Assembly (NCBI GenBank): GCA_018829845.1
Contig: JAHJTO010000041.1
Coordinates: 1 to 34,844, forward strand
From: Nanobdellota archaeon
GTDB lineage: Archaea > Nanobdellota > Nanobdellia > Pacearchaeales > JAHJTO01
DNA: 34,844 nt
Reading direction: 5' to 3'
The notes below the pieces were generated by a model. It saw only the letters and a list, made by a program, of their open reading frames with translations. It had not been told where the DNA came from and made no database searches. The first letter of the stretch is position 1. Every line of letters starts with the position of its first letter. Below, in pieces: positions 15,388 through 24,409 of the stretch. The position numbers were made by a program, and so were the translations under genes.

Positions 15388-17382
15388 AAAAAGAAGATTG
15401 AAATAGAAGAGGCTAAGGAAGAGGATCTCGCCATGAATACCCACATTCCTTTCGAAATCCCTGCCGAACCTGGGAAAGAAAAAGTCAAGAAAACCAGGAA
15501 GAAATCAGCAAGCATTAAAAAACCACGTAAGAAAACTCTAAAGAAGCCTGCAAAGAAAAAGCCAAAATCAGCGGTAAAGGAAAGGCAGGAGACAATAATA
15601 GAAGCAGTCGCTATCAAAAAGGTCAAGGAAATTGCCACAAAGCCATTAAAAATTGAGAAAAAACCTGAAGTTAAGAAGGATATGGCAGTAGAAAAGGAAA
15701 CGCAAAGAAATGCCACCTTTGAAGAAAAGATGTTCGCCTATGCTCTTGAAAATGCTGTTGAACACGAAGGAAAATGCATGCCCAATGCTATTCTTGGAAA
15801 ATTGTTCCAAGAAGGATTGAAGAAAGAGAAGATAAAAGATGTTATGCCCAAAATCCAAAATGCGGTTTCTAAAGTAAATTCTATGAATTTTAATGATCAA
15901 AAAATTGAATTTGAAAAACAGAAAGATATTGTTAAAGTTTTCAAACATGAAACAAGGCAAGAACTGCCGGAACTTCCAAATGCTGTTCAAGGAAAGGTTG
16001 TTGTAAGGTCGGCACCATTCCCTTCGGGAGCATTGCATATAGGAAATGCCATCCCAATCATAATAAATGAAGAATATGCCAAGAGATACAATGGAAAGCA
16101 CATTCTTGTCATAGATGATACAATAGGCAGTGAGGAAAAACAGATAGTTCCAGCAGCATATAAAATGATAGAGGACAGCATGAAGTGGCTTGGAGTCAAA
16201 TATGATCCAACAGTCATATACAAATCCGACAGATTGAATATTTATTACAAATATGCTGAGATGCTCATTAACAAAGAAGCAGCATATGTATGTTTCTGCA
16301 ATGTTGAAAAATTGAGAGACAATAGAGAAAAGGGATTGGCATGTACATGCAGGAGTAAAGATTATCCGACAAACATAAAGGATTGGAAATGGATGTTTTC
16401 AGCCGAGGCTAAACAGGGAATGGCAATACTGAGATTGAAGACAGATATGAAGCATCCAAATCCGGCATTTAGGGATAGAGTATTATTCAGAATTTCTGAC
16501 AGAGAACACCCCCGAATAAAGGGGTTGAAGGTGTGGCCTATGCTTGAATTTTCATGGGCTGTTGATGATCACTTGCTTGGAATAACCCATATAATCCGGG
16601 GAAACCAACTAAGGATGGAGACTGAGATGGAAGAGTTCATATGGAAAATACTTGATTGGCCGCCCCTAACAACAGTCTACACCCCAAGAATATCCTTTGA
16701 AGGAGTTTCATTCAGCAAGAGCAAATCCCAGGATGAAATAAGAAACGGACTGTATCTTGACTGGAGCGATCCAAGAACATGGAGCCTTCAAAGTTTTGAT
16801 AAAAGAGGAATACTTCCACAGGCAATAAGGAATCTTATAGTGCAATTTGGAATGTCTGAGAAAGAGCATTTGTCAATCCCTCTTGACATGCTTTATGCCG
16901 AAAATAGAAAGCTCATTGAAAATTCAAACAGGTATTTCTTTGTTTCAAAGCCAAAGAAGATAAGTGTCATATGGGCTCCAAAGAAAAAGGTTTTCTTGCC
17001 GCTTCATGCCCAACATCCAGAAAAAGGAAAAAGAGAAATAAATGCCGGCACTAGCTTTTACATATCTGAAGAAGACCATAGGAAAATTGTTGAAGGTAAA
17101 ACCTACAGACTCATGAATCTTTTCAATTTCGAAAAGAAGAAAGGAAAATTTGTTTTTGTTTCAGAAGAGCACAATAATCAACTTTGTGCTCCAATGTTCC
17201 ATTGGCTTCCTGCCTCAAAGGAAACGCAGAAGGGAAAGGTCTTCATGCCGGATGGAACATGGAATGAAGGATATGTTGAAGCCGGAGCTTCAAAACTTCC
17301 CGAGGGATCAATTGTACAATTTGAAAGATTCGGATTCTGCAAGAAACAAAAGGGAAATGAATTCTGGTTTGCGCACAAATAG
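15385..17382 (+). CDS. gltX: Glutamyl-tRNA synthetase, archaeal/eukaryal type, with a ~100-aa Lys-rich N-terminal extension
   Basis: Collinear with archaeal GluRS: FAYALENAVEHEGK.., VVRSAPFPSGALHIGNAIPIIINEEYAKRYNG (a HIGH-class motif, here HIGN), WPMLEFSWAVDDHLLGITHIIRG, and C-terminal FERFGFC..FWFAHK. Confidence 0.9.
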   Translation: MKKKIEIEEAKEEDLAMNTHIPFEIPAEPGKEKVKKTRKKSASIKKPRKKTLKKPAKKKPKSAVKERQETIIEAVAIKKVKEIATKPLKIEKKPEVKKDMAVEKETQRNATFEEKMFAYALENAVEHEGKCMPNAILGKLFQEGLKKEKIKDVMPKIQNAVSKVNSMNFNDQKIEFEKQKDIVKVFKHETRQELPELPNAVQGKVVVRSAPFPSGALHIGNAIPIIINEEYAKRYNGKHILVIDDTIGSEEKQIVPAAYKMIEDSMKWLGVKYDPTVIYKSDRLNIYYKYAEMLINKEAAYVCFCNVEKLRDNREKGLACTCRSKDYPTNIKDWKWMFSAEAKQGMAILRLKTDMKHPNPAFRDRVLFRISDREHPRIKGLKVWPMLEFSWAVDDHLLGITHIIRGNQLRMETEMEEFIWKILDWPPLTTVYTPRISFEGVSFSKSKSQDEIRNGLYLDWSDPRTWSLQSFDKRGILPQAIRNLIVQFGMSEKEHLSIPLDMLYAENRKLIENSNRYFFVSKPKKISVIWAPKKKVFLPLHAQHPEKGKREINAGTSFYISEEDHRKIVEGKTYRLMNLFNFEKKKGKFVFVSEEHNNQLCAPMFHWLPASKETQKGKVFMPDGTWNEGYVEAGASKLPEGSIVQFERFGFCKKQKGNEFWFAHK

Positions 17383-17402
17383 AAAATAAGAAATTTTCTG
17401 CT

Positions 17403-17431
17403 ATGCCAAAAATCCTGGAGATTTTTCAGCA
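17403..17431 (+). repeat. Orphan or decayed copy of the leader hairpin, downstream of gltX
   Basis: ATGCCAAAAATC-CTGGAG-ATTTTTCAGCA is nearly identical to the nifS copy, but the 3' end reads GCAC, not GCATG. Only a 7-codon ORF follows. Confidence 0.5.
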
Positions 17432-17488
17432 CAAATGAAAATGCTTCATAACAGTTAGTTTTATAAGTCTATTTTAAATAATAAAGAT

Positions 17489-17923
17489 ATGGGAAAGATA
17501 TTGAACGTCAAATATCAATTCGACGATGGGCTCGTGAGTAAAGTTTTTGATGGCATGAATGATTTTGATAAAATACATGCTGCGGCAATGTGTATGAAGG
17601 ACTATTCTATAAAAGCGATGGCGCATGCTGCAGGAGTCAGCGAATACAGCATATCTAATAAAAGGAAGAGATTATTCCTTAAGATGGTGCATGAGATAAA
17701 GGAGCATTACAAAAGCGGAGTAAGAGTTCCAGAGGATAGGATAATGGCATTGTTCAACAGATGCTACGTTGAAGGAAAAATATCTCCTTCAAATTCTTCT
17801 GAAGAAATAAAAGATGCTTATGGCAAATCCTACAAACCATGGAAAGCCAATACTAATATGTCAATGGTGGGTGGGGAAAGAAAATGCAACTCAAATCTTC
17901 TTGACCATGTATGGCTCAACTAA
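17489..17923 (+). CDS. Hypothetical protein with a possible HTH
   Basis: SIKAMAHAAGVSEYSISNKRKR is HTH-like. The 3' end overlaps the convergent elp3 by 33 nt. Confidence 0.4.
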   Translation: MGKILNVKYQFDDGLVSKVFDGMNDFDKIHAAAMCMKDYSIKAMAHAAGVSEYSISNKRKRLFLKMVHEIKEHYKSGVRVPEDRIMALFNRCYVEGKISPSNSSEEIKDAYGKSYKPWKANTNMSMVGGERKCNSNLLDHVWLN

Positions 17924-19279
17924 TTTATAACCTAGTTTAGAAGAATAATATTCTCTAACCCCGATTCCAGAAATAACTTTTATTTCAGAGCATTTTTCTT
18001 TCTTTGCTATTTTCTCAGCTTCTTTCATAAGTTTTTTCCCAAGACCAATATGTTGAGAATGTTTTTCCTTTCCTTTCTCGCTCAACTTCAGCTCTTTCCC
18101 GTAGACATGGAGCTCTCTTACAAACATGAATTTGCTTTTTCCGCTACCAACAATCCTCAGCCTGCATAATCCAAACAAAACATCATTCTTATTTACGAAT
18201 TCTAAAAATATCTCTTTGCTTCCGGATGCCTTGTAGTCTATTCTTTTAAGTTTAATGCGGTTATCAATATCCTTCCTAGAATCTCTTCTGACAAATCCGA
18301 TCTCTCGGCACCTTATGCAATTACATTTCTTTTTTCTTCTTTCCAATTCTTCCAAGAGCACTTTTCTTAAATCAATCCTCTTTGTTCCGGCAACAAGAAA
18401 TGCTGGGGGGATTTCCCTCATTATCCTCATTATCCTGCAATATTTTGGAACCATAAGCTTCAGATTCAGAAGAAGTTGTATCAATTCCTCCTCTTTGTAA
18501 GGCTCATAGCCTCCCCGATAATATATTTTCTCAAGCTTCGCTCCCTTCAAAACCTGGGTGGGATAGATCTTTATTTGATCGGGACGGAAGTCCTCATCTG
18601 AGAAAACTTTTTGAAAAAGTTTTAGATCTTTCTTCAATGAGGATCCTGGCAGACCGGGCATGAGATGAAAGCCTACCTTAAAGCCATTATTTTTCAGTTT
18701 TTTTGTTGCGTCAACTACATCTTGAACACTATGTCTTCTTTTTATGAGGCCATAGATTTTATCATCAAGAACTTGAACTCCGAGTTCTACCCTTGTGGCT
18801 CCAAATTCCAAAATTCTTTTTATCTCCTCATCACCGCATACGTCTGGGCGGGTTTCAATGCATAGGGCAACGCATCGGTTCTTTGCTTTCTCATTTATCT
18901 TTTTGGCATGAGCCAAATCTTTTGACTTTTTGCCATTCAAAGCATCATAGCAATCTTTGACAAATTTATATTGAAAATCCACTGGATAATCCAGAAATGT
19001 TCCGCCCATAATTATCAATTCCACTTTGTCTGTGGGATGACCCATGATTTTGAATGCATTAATCCTCGCTTTTACTTGTTCAAATGCATCATAATTTAAC
19101 TTAGAAGCTCGGAGAACTGCAGGACTTTCAGGAGTGTATGATTGTGGGGCATTCAAAGAAGGACAATACAAACATGCTCCCTTTCTGCATGCCCTTGGGG
19201 GAAGCATGACTGCTATTGGACTGACTCCTGAAATCGTTCTTGTTGGTTTCCTAATAACCATGATAATTGAATAAAACAC
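17891..19279 (-). CDS. elp3: Elp3-type radical SAM / GNAT acetyltransferase (tRNA wobble-uridine modification)
   Basis: KPTRTISGVSPIAVM, a Cx4Cx2C cluster motif (CRKGACLYC), VELIIMGGTF, RVELGVQ, and a C-terminal GNAT (HSQHIGLGKKLMKEAEKIA). The true start may be the Met at 19261. Confidence 0.85.
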   Translation of the reverse strand: MFYSIIMVIRKPTRTISGVSPIAVMLPPRACRKGACLYCPSLNAPQSYTPESPAVLRASKLNYDAFEQVKARINAFKIMGHPTDKVELIIMGGTFLDYPVDFQYKFVKDCYDALNGKKSKDLAHAKKINEKAKNRCVALCIETRPDVCGDEEIKRILEFGATRVELGVQVLDDKIYGLIKRRHSVQDVVDATKKLKNNGFKVGFHLMPGLPGSSLKKDLKLFQKVFSDEDFRPDQIKIYPTQVLKGAKLEKIYYRGGYEPYKEEELIQLLLNLKLMVPKYCRIMRIMREIPPAFLVAGTKRIDLRKVLLEELERRKKKCNCIRCREIGFVRRDSRKDIDNRIKLKRIDYKASGSKEIFLEFVNKNDVLFGLCRLRIVGSGKSKFMFVRELHVYGKELKLSEKGKEKHSQHIGLGKKLMKEAEKIAKKEKCSEIKVISGIGVREYYSSKLGYKLVEPYMVKKI

Positions 19280-19313
19280 ATATTTAAAAATCCCCCTAAT
19301 ATTCGAATTTCTA

Positions 19314-20012
19314 ATGAAACCTGAAAATAACTATGATGATTTGAATTTTCCAGCATACAGGAAGGAAATCATTTCTCTTTACAAAAATAAAATGTCTCCT
19401 GAAAGGATAGCGAAGCTTGCAGGAGCCAGAAGAGGTGATATTGAAAGAATTCTTAATGAAAAGGGTGTTGAGAGAAGAACCCTCCAGGAATCAATGTTCA
19501 AAGGAACAAAGATTCCTACGAAGAAAGAACTTTATGATGAGTATATCATTCGAAATAATTCTACCTGTAAAATTGGAGAAAAATATGGCACTTCTGAAAA
19601 TACTGTATGCCGATGGCTTAGAAAATATGACATCGCTATTAGGAAACATGGAAGAAATGCACTGGGACTTCCAAAACTTCCAACAAAGAAAGAGTTGGAA
19701 TATAAATTAAGTGTTGAGCATATCACCAAGAGAGAGATATCAAAGGAATATCGCATGGGGCCTGCAAGACTGAATGCATTGATTGAACAATATGGGATAA
19801 AAATTGGGAATGTTCCAAAAATTATTGAAGAAAAAATCACTATCAAAAAAGAAAATCCCGTAAAATTTCAAAAAGAAAAAATTGTGAAAACAAGAAGATC
19901 TCTAATTACTGAAAAACCTCCGAAAATAATTAAGAGAAAAACTGTTCTTGATGCCTATCTTGAAAAGGAGAAGGATCTTTCAATAGAACATGAATCAGGA
20001 TTTGAGGATTAA
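19314..20012 (+). CDS. Hypothetical DNA-binding protein with three tandem HTH-like modules
   Basis: The modules are MSPERIAKLAGARRGDIERILNEKGVERR, TCKIGEKYGTSENTVCRWLRKYDIAIRKHG and TKREISKEYRMGPARLNALIEQYGIKIG. The second and third are preceded by PTKKEL. Confidence 0.5.
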   Translation: MKPENNYDDLNFPAYRKEIISLYKNKMSPERIAKLAGARRGDIERILNEKGVERRTLQESMFKGTKIPTKKELYDEYIIRNNSTCKIGEKYGTSENTVCRWLRKYDIAIRKHGRNALGLPKLPTKKELEYKLSVEHITKREISKEYRMGPARLNALIEQYGIKIGNVPKIIEEKITIKKENPVKFQKEKIVKTRRSLITEKPPKIIKRKTVLDAYLEKEKDLSIEHESGFED

Positions 20013-20048
20013 CTCTTAAAGTAATATTTTGCCTCTTTCTTTGCAAAA

Positions 20049-20396
20049 TCAATATACTTTTTTGCCTTTGATATTGAAAATTCCATTCCCATTATGCATG
20101 AAAGGTTTTTTCTTGATTCTTAAAACCAATTCAATATCCTCATTTTTTATTTTGAATCCATTTTTCAATTCAATCAACTCATTGTTAACATAGCCAAATG
20201 GCGAGGGGTTGAGATAATTTATAAAAAGATTTTTTGATTTCAGACTGTCCTCTGATAGGATTGATAAGGGGTGGGTTCTTGTTGTGGCTTTATTTTTGCT
20301 TAAATCTGAAAGCATTGAATGAGAGAAATAAACCTCCTTCGCAGGAATCTTCTCAACAAGAGGTATTCCTGTCTTTTTTGGATCTGCCTTGAACAA
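20049..20396 (-). CDS. Hypothetical protein (115 aa)
   Basis: ORF only. Confidence 0.4.
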   Translation of the reverse strand: MFKADPKKTGIPLVEKIPAKEVYFSHSMLSDLSKNKATTRTHPLSILSEDSLKSKNLFINYLNPSPFGYVNNELIELKNGFKIKNEDIELVLRIKKKPFMHNGNGIFNIKGKKVY

Positions 20397-20523
20397 ACTT
20401 TTGTATGATAAATAAGGGAGAGAAATGCTTAAATAATTAACTCATGGAACATGGGAAAACAAAAGAATGATTAATTTAAGAGATAATGGGTAGATATTTA
20501 GAGGTATAGAAGATCAATGAGAA

Positions 20524-20868
20524 TCAGTAGACATATTTTTTCTTGTTTTCATCGGAAATTTGGCCTAGATCAAAGTTCACAAGCTCTTCCAAGTCTTTCT
20601 TTTTGACAGATCCAAACATAAGTATGAATCTATTCAGGCTTATTGGCCGGTTGAATCTTATCCAAGGAAGTCCTCCGCCACAGCAAGCTCCGCAGGCATG
20701 AGGATTATAGTCTATTTTTCCGCTTTCCACCAGTTTCTTGAAGCTTTTTCCCTCATAGCCTTTTATTCTGCCGTAGAAGCTTTCTAGGGGTTCATCAACA
20801 TCAAACTCAATGCTGCTTATGTAGGTCTTTCCTTCTTCGTCCTGAACTGTTTCGATATTATTGAACAT
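20524..20868 (-). CDS. Hypothetical protein (114 aa)
   Basis: ORF overlapping the upstream gene end by 11 nt. Contains HACGACCGGG. Confidence 0.45.
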   Translation of the reverse strand: MFNNIETVQDEEGKTYISSIEFDVDEPLESFYGRIKGYEGKSFKKLVESGKIDYNPHACGACCGGGLPWIRFNRPISLNRFILMFGSVKKKDLEELVNFDLGQISDENKKKYVY

Positions 20869-21346
20869 TTTTTCCCCTATTCATGCCGGCCTTTATCCCC
20901 ATGATTTGTATTCTTGCAACATCATATTTCCTTGCAATATCTTCAGTGGTTTTGCCTTTGGAGAGATCATTTCTAATTTTTTCTTTCTCTTTATCACTAA
21001 GTTCTCGCTTGTTATTGTAGGTCCCCATAGTGATGTGGGCCTTTATGGCTGAGATCTCCTGCAGCTTTGCCTTTGGAATAAGCTTTTTGATTGCCTTTGG
21101 AAGATATCCTTGCTTAAGCAAATGAAAAATATCTTCATGAGTATAACCATTGTGCTTATGTGCGTAGTCTTTTCCATTTCCCGCCTTTGGAACATATGGC
21201 TGTGGATTTGGATCCACCCCTATGAGCTTTTCAAGTTTATTCAACTTCCCTTCAATGCTCTCTTCCATAGCCCGATTGGAACTTACATAGCTGTTAAATT
21301 CTGATCTAAGGCTTTTGACATATTGGTATAATTTTTTATAGTTCAT
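20858..21346 (-). CDS. Hypothetical protein with two related HTH-like segments
   Basis: KLQEISAIKAHITMG and RIQIMGIKAGMNRG are internal repeats; also KGKTTEDIARKYDV. 4-nt overlap with the upstream 851-aa gene. Confidence 0.5.
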   Translation of the reverse strand: MNYKKLYQYVKSLRSEFNSYVSSNRAMEESIEGKLNKLEKLIGVDPNPQPYVPKAGNGKDYAHKHNGYTHEDIFHLLKQGYLPKAIKKLIPKAKLQEISAIKAHITMGTYNNKRELSDKEKEKIRNDLSKGKTTEDIARKYDVARIQIMGIKAGMNRGKNVQ

Positions 21347-23898
21347 TCTTTCCTCCCAAGCTTAAAGCTCATGAGTCTCATGGGCGTTTCTCTGCTAACA
21401 TATGGCTTGTTCAATTTTGTTTGTATTGAATATTTGTTTTCATCGGCAAGATTGCTTACTATCTTTGTTAATATCTCTCCTTGATCTTCTGTACCGTACT
21501 GTTCTAGGAATCCATTGGAATTTTCTTCCGCAAGAGACATTCCGCCATTTCTAACAATTCCCTGGGCTCTTGGAGATTCATCAAGAGTAACAAAAAGAAC
21601 TGCATCATTTGCAATCTGGTTGTTTTTGAATAATGATCTTACAGTTTCTAAATTGTTTTTGCTGAGATAGCCATTGTAATCAAGATTTATGAAATCAAAT
21701 TTAAGATTTTTGTAGGCAGTACAATTGAGCGCATTATCGATTTGTCCGGAATAAAGATTAAGCCCGTTGAAAATTTCTCCGCCCTTTATTTTCTGATTTG
21801 AGGTGATAATACTTTTCATGGCATTATATGCTCTTGAATCTTTTTCAGCTATTAGGCTCTTCTTTGGATCTATCTTGAGTAATTGGGATAGGAAAATGTA
21901 GCTTCCAAAATGTGGTCCCTCTAGACCCAGATAATTCAATTTTTCTGGCCGTGGCAGACTATCTATTGCTTCTCCAAGCATCTTTTCCCTCATTTCATCC
22001 TTTGGATAATCTTTGAAGTCATTCATTTTCTTGTTTTTTATGCTTTCAACAGTATTGTAGCTTCTCTTTATTTCTGAAGAAGTGATTATTCCGAGCTCCT
22101 TCAAATCCCTTCCCACTGTGTAGATTTCCATTTTCAATCTCTTTGCTATGTCCACTCCGCTAAGTCCTCCAAATGCAAGCTCCTCTTCCAAGCTCCTTCT
22201 TACTTCTTTTCCTTTCTGGCTTCTCATCATGCTTTTGAAGAATCCATTGAAGGTCTTCCAGTAGTTCTTCCATGAATCCCCTATGTTCTTGCTACTCCAT
22301 GATCTTGCTGTTGGAACAGTTCCATGCTTATGGTAATGTGCCTTGAGATACTCAACACCCAAAGAGACAATCTCCTTTTTGGACAGATTACTAAATAAGT
22401 TGTTCTCCTGAAGATTCTCAGCGTCAGATCTGGAAAAAGTTATTCCCCTTAATTTGGCTAAGTAGTCTAGACCCTCCTGGGGAAGATAGACGCGTTTTCT
22501 TTTTCCCATTGGCTCTGTAATTATCATGTCCCCCAAAGACTGATCTACATTCTTGGAGTGGATGAATGTACACAGAGCCACCTTGTCCATTCCAAGAAGG
22601 GCTCCTGCTTCCTTCATAGTATATCTCTTTCTCTTGACTTCTTCAGAGGGTTTGTCTTCAGGAGTTGTATTTTGATCATTTGATTTCTGTTTTATGGTCT
22701 TTACACAACCCTTAAGATAATTGACTGCTTCTTCAGATATGAGCGGGGCCCCATCTTTCCATATCAGGAGTTTCTTAAAATTTTCATCATTGGATTCATG
22801 GACCCTTCTCCATATAGTAGAATAGTGTGTACCCAAAAGTTTTGCAGTTTCTTTGACACTGTACTCTTTCTTCCCAATTGGCTCTTTCTTTACAATTGGC
22901 CCCGACTCAATCTTCTCTTGAGATGTAATTAAAGGAGAATCATATGATTCCTGTGGAATATTGACAGATTGCAAAACTTCCTCAGGAGTTTCAGCATTCA
23001 TTTCAGCATAGGCAAGATATATTCTTGGTTCGAGATGAATATCCGATTTTCTAATTGATTCTTCAAGGTTGCTCTTTAACCTTGCAACGGTTTCCCCATT
23101 GAATGTGGCTTTTATGGAATATTTCATAAGAGCATTTTCCAATTGAGTTGCCTCAAAACCCTCCAGAGATTGATTTAAGATTTTTTGCATGGATCCATTT
23201 TCCATAGAGCAAGAATTTAGTGGGAAGATAACATCGATTTTATTTTCTGAGCCGTTGGAAACTTCATTTATTAAAATTGGGAATGATAAAGGATATTTTG
23301 TCCTATCTGAAAATCCTTTTGATTTTTGATAAGCTTCTGCTATCTCTGTCCTGAGCTTGATTTCTGTTTCTTTTATTGATTCGTCCAGTGCAGCATTTCT
23401 CTTTCTTTCTTTTCTTATTGCTTTTGATTTATATCCTTCTAGAATTTCCTTCTTTTTTTCAACTTTCTCCCAATTAACAGTATCGCCTTCATTGATGGAG
23501 GCATAGTCTTTAAACCATTTGTCAAAACATGAAGAAAGTGCAAATGACTTGGCCTCAAATGCTCCATTTACTGCCTTAAGATAGGTCTTAGAAGTCTCAT
23601 TCTTGTCTTTTGATAACATCAATTCTGCATCCATGGTAGTGACTATTCCAGTCAATCTTCCCTCAAGCCCGGATATGCATTCCTTGTCATGTTTGGAAAG
23701 AAGTTTCTCCTTCACAGAATCAAGTTCTGAGTTTATTTTTTCCATGTAGGCCTTTTTGGAATTTTCAACAAGTTCTCCAAGAGCTTTTACGTCCCCCTCA
23801 TATTTTTTATCAAGGGTTGCCTTTTCTTTCTCAAACTCTTCAATCTGCTTCTTGCTCTCTTCCCATACCTGCCTTGTTTTTGTTTCTAGTTCTTCCAT
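21343..23898 (-). CDS. Large multi-domain protein: N-terminal coiled-coil, at least three HTH modules, and a C-terminal Rossmann methyltransferase-like region
   Basis: HTH modules: YSVKETAKLLGTHYSTIWRRVHES, YTMKEAGALLGMDKVALCTFIHS and SGVDIAKRLKMEIYTVGRDLKELGI. The C-terminus has YLGLEGPHFG, LIAEKD, FDFINLDYNGY and AVLFVTLDE spaced like MTase motifs I, II, IV and V. Start set at the second Met (23898), which sits in a leader hairpin with AGGAG. Confidence 0.6.
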   Translation of the reverse strand: MEELETKTRQVWEESKKQIEEFEKEKATLDKKYEGDVKALGELVENSKKAYMEKINSELDSVKEKLLSKHDKECISGLEGRLTGIVTTMDAELMLSKDKNETSKTYLKAVNGAFEAKSFALSSCFDKWFKDYASINEGDTVNWEKVEKKKEILEGYKSKAIRKERKRNAALDESIKETEIKLRTEIAEAYQKSKGFSDRTKYPLSFPILINEVSNGSENKIDVIFPLNSCSMENGSMQKILNQSLEGFEATQLENALMKYSIKATFNGETVARLKSNLEESIRKSDIHLEPRIYLAYAEMNAETPEEVLQSVNIPQESYDSPLITSQEKIESGPIVKKEPIGKKEYSVKETAKLLGTHYSTIWRRVHESNDENFKKLLIWKDGAPLISEEAVNYLKGCVKTIKQKSNDQNTTPEDKPSEEVKRKRYTMKEAGALLGMDKVALCTFIHSKNVDQSLGDMIITEPMGKRKRVYLPQEGLDYLAKLRGITFSRSDAENLQENNLFSNLSKKEIVSLGVEYLKAHYHKHGTVPTARSWSSKNIGDSWKNYWKTFNGFFKSMMRSQKGKEVRRSLEEELAFGGLSGVDIAKRLKMEIYTVGRDLKELGIITSSEIKRSYNTVESIKNKKMNDFKDYPKDEMREKMLGEAIDSLPRPEKLNYLGLEGPHFGSYIFLSQLLKIDPKKSLIAEKDSRAYNAMKSIITSNQKIKGGEIFNGLNLYSGQIDNALNCTAYKNLKFDFINLDYNGYLSKNNLETVRSLFKNNQIANDAVLFVTLDESPRAQGIVRNGGMSLAEENSNGFLEQYGTEDQGEILTKIVSNLADENKYSIQTKLNKPYVSRETPMRLMSFKLGRKE

Positions 23899-23958
23899 GC
23901 TTAGAAATTCTCCTGCCAGAATTTCTGGCATGCAAAAAATCTTTGATTTTTTATCATG
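23896..23958 (-). promoter_or_regulatory. Two tandem family hairpins forming the leader of the 851-aa gene
   Basis: Sense strand: CATGAT-AAAAAATC-AAA-GATTTTTT-GCATG, overlapping CATGCC-AGAAATTC-TGGCAGGA-GAATTTCT-AA-GCATG. The final ATG is 23898-23896. Confidence 0.6.
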
Positions 23959-23987
23959 TTGCTTTTCCTATAGTATTGTATGCCTTC

Positions 23988-24031
23988 GGTGATTATATTC
24001 CCTTTTCATAAGATGTATATACATGCCTATG
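23988..24031 (-). promoter_or_regulatory. Shared island promoter module (copy upstream of the 851-aa gene operon)
   Basis: 35 of 44 positions are identical (hand alignment) to 26644-26687. Sense strand: CATAGGCATGTATATACATCTTATGAAAAGGGAATATAATCACC, with two TATA-like boxes. Confidence 0.55.
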
Positions 24032-24049
24032 TCGGCCTCAGATGCCTGT

Positions 24050-24409
24050 CTATTTTTTCTCCTCCTTGGGCTCAAATGTCACCCTTGCGGATTTTGTATG
24101 AATGCCATTGCAATAGGGGTTCATGGAAACTTCCCCGAATCTGCCAAGAAGATCATTGGACATGTTCAGCAGTTGTATTGTTGTTCCATCGAATGAACCA
24201 TCCACCATTTCAGCAAAAGGATCATTGACTTTTAATTCAAGTGTGGACTCTGCCTTTTTCTTTCCAAATTCCGAACCCTCTATTAATCTGACAACGGTCA
24301 TGCACAGCTCCCCATATTCAGGATTCTTATATTTCCCAGAACTATACATTTCTTTGGCAGTCTTAACCAGGTCCTTCAGTTCGTTTAGGTATTTTTTATC
24401 GTTTGTCAT
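24050..24409 (-). CDS. Hypothetical protein (119 aa)
   Basis: ORF with 4-nt overlap to the upstream gene. Confidence 0.5.
   Translation of the reverse strand: MTNDKKYLNELKDLVKTAKEMYSSGKYKNPEYGELCMTVVRLIEGSEFGKKKAESTLELKVNDPFAEMVDGSFDGTTIQLLNMSNDLLGRFGEVSMNPYCNGIHTKSARVTFEPKEEKK

Noticed and set aside
23899-23931. First Met (23931) as the start of the large HTH protein
   Set aside because: The 11 extra codons are the leader hairpin itself. The second Met (23898) has the AGGAG-spacer-ATG geometry seen at three other genes. Not proven; N-terminal mapping would settle it.
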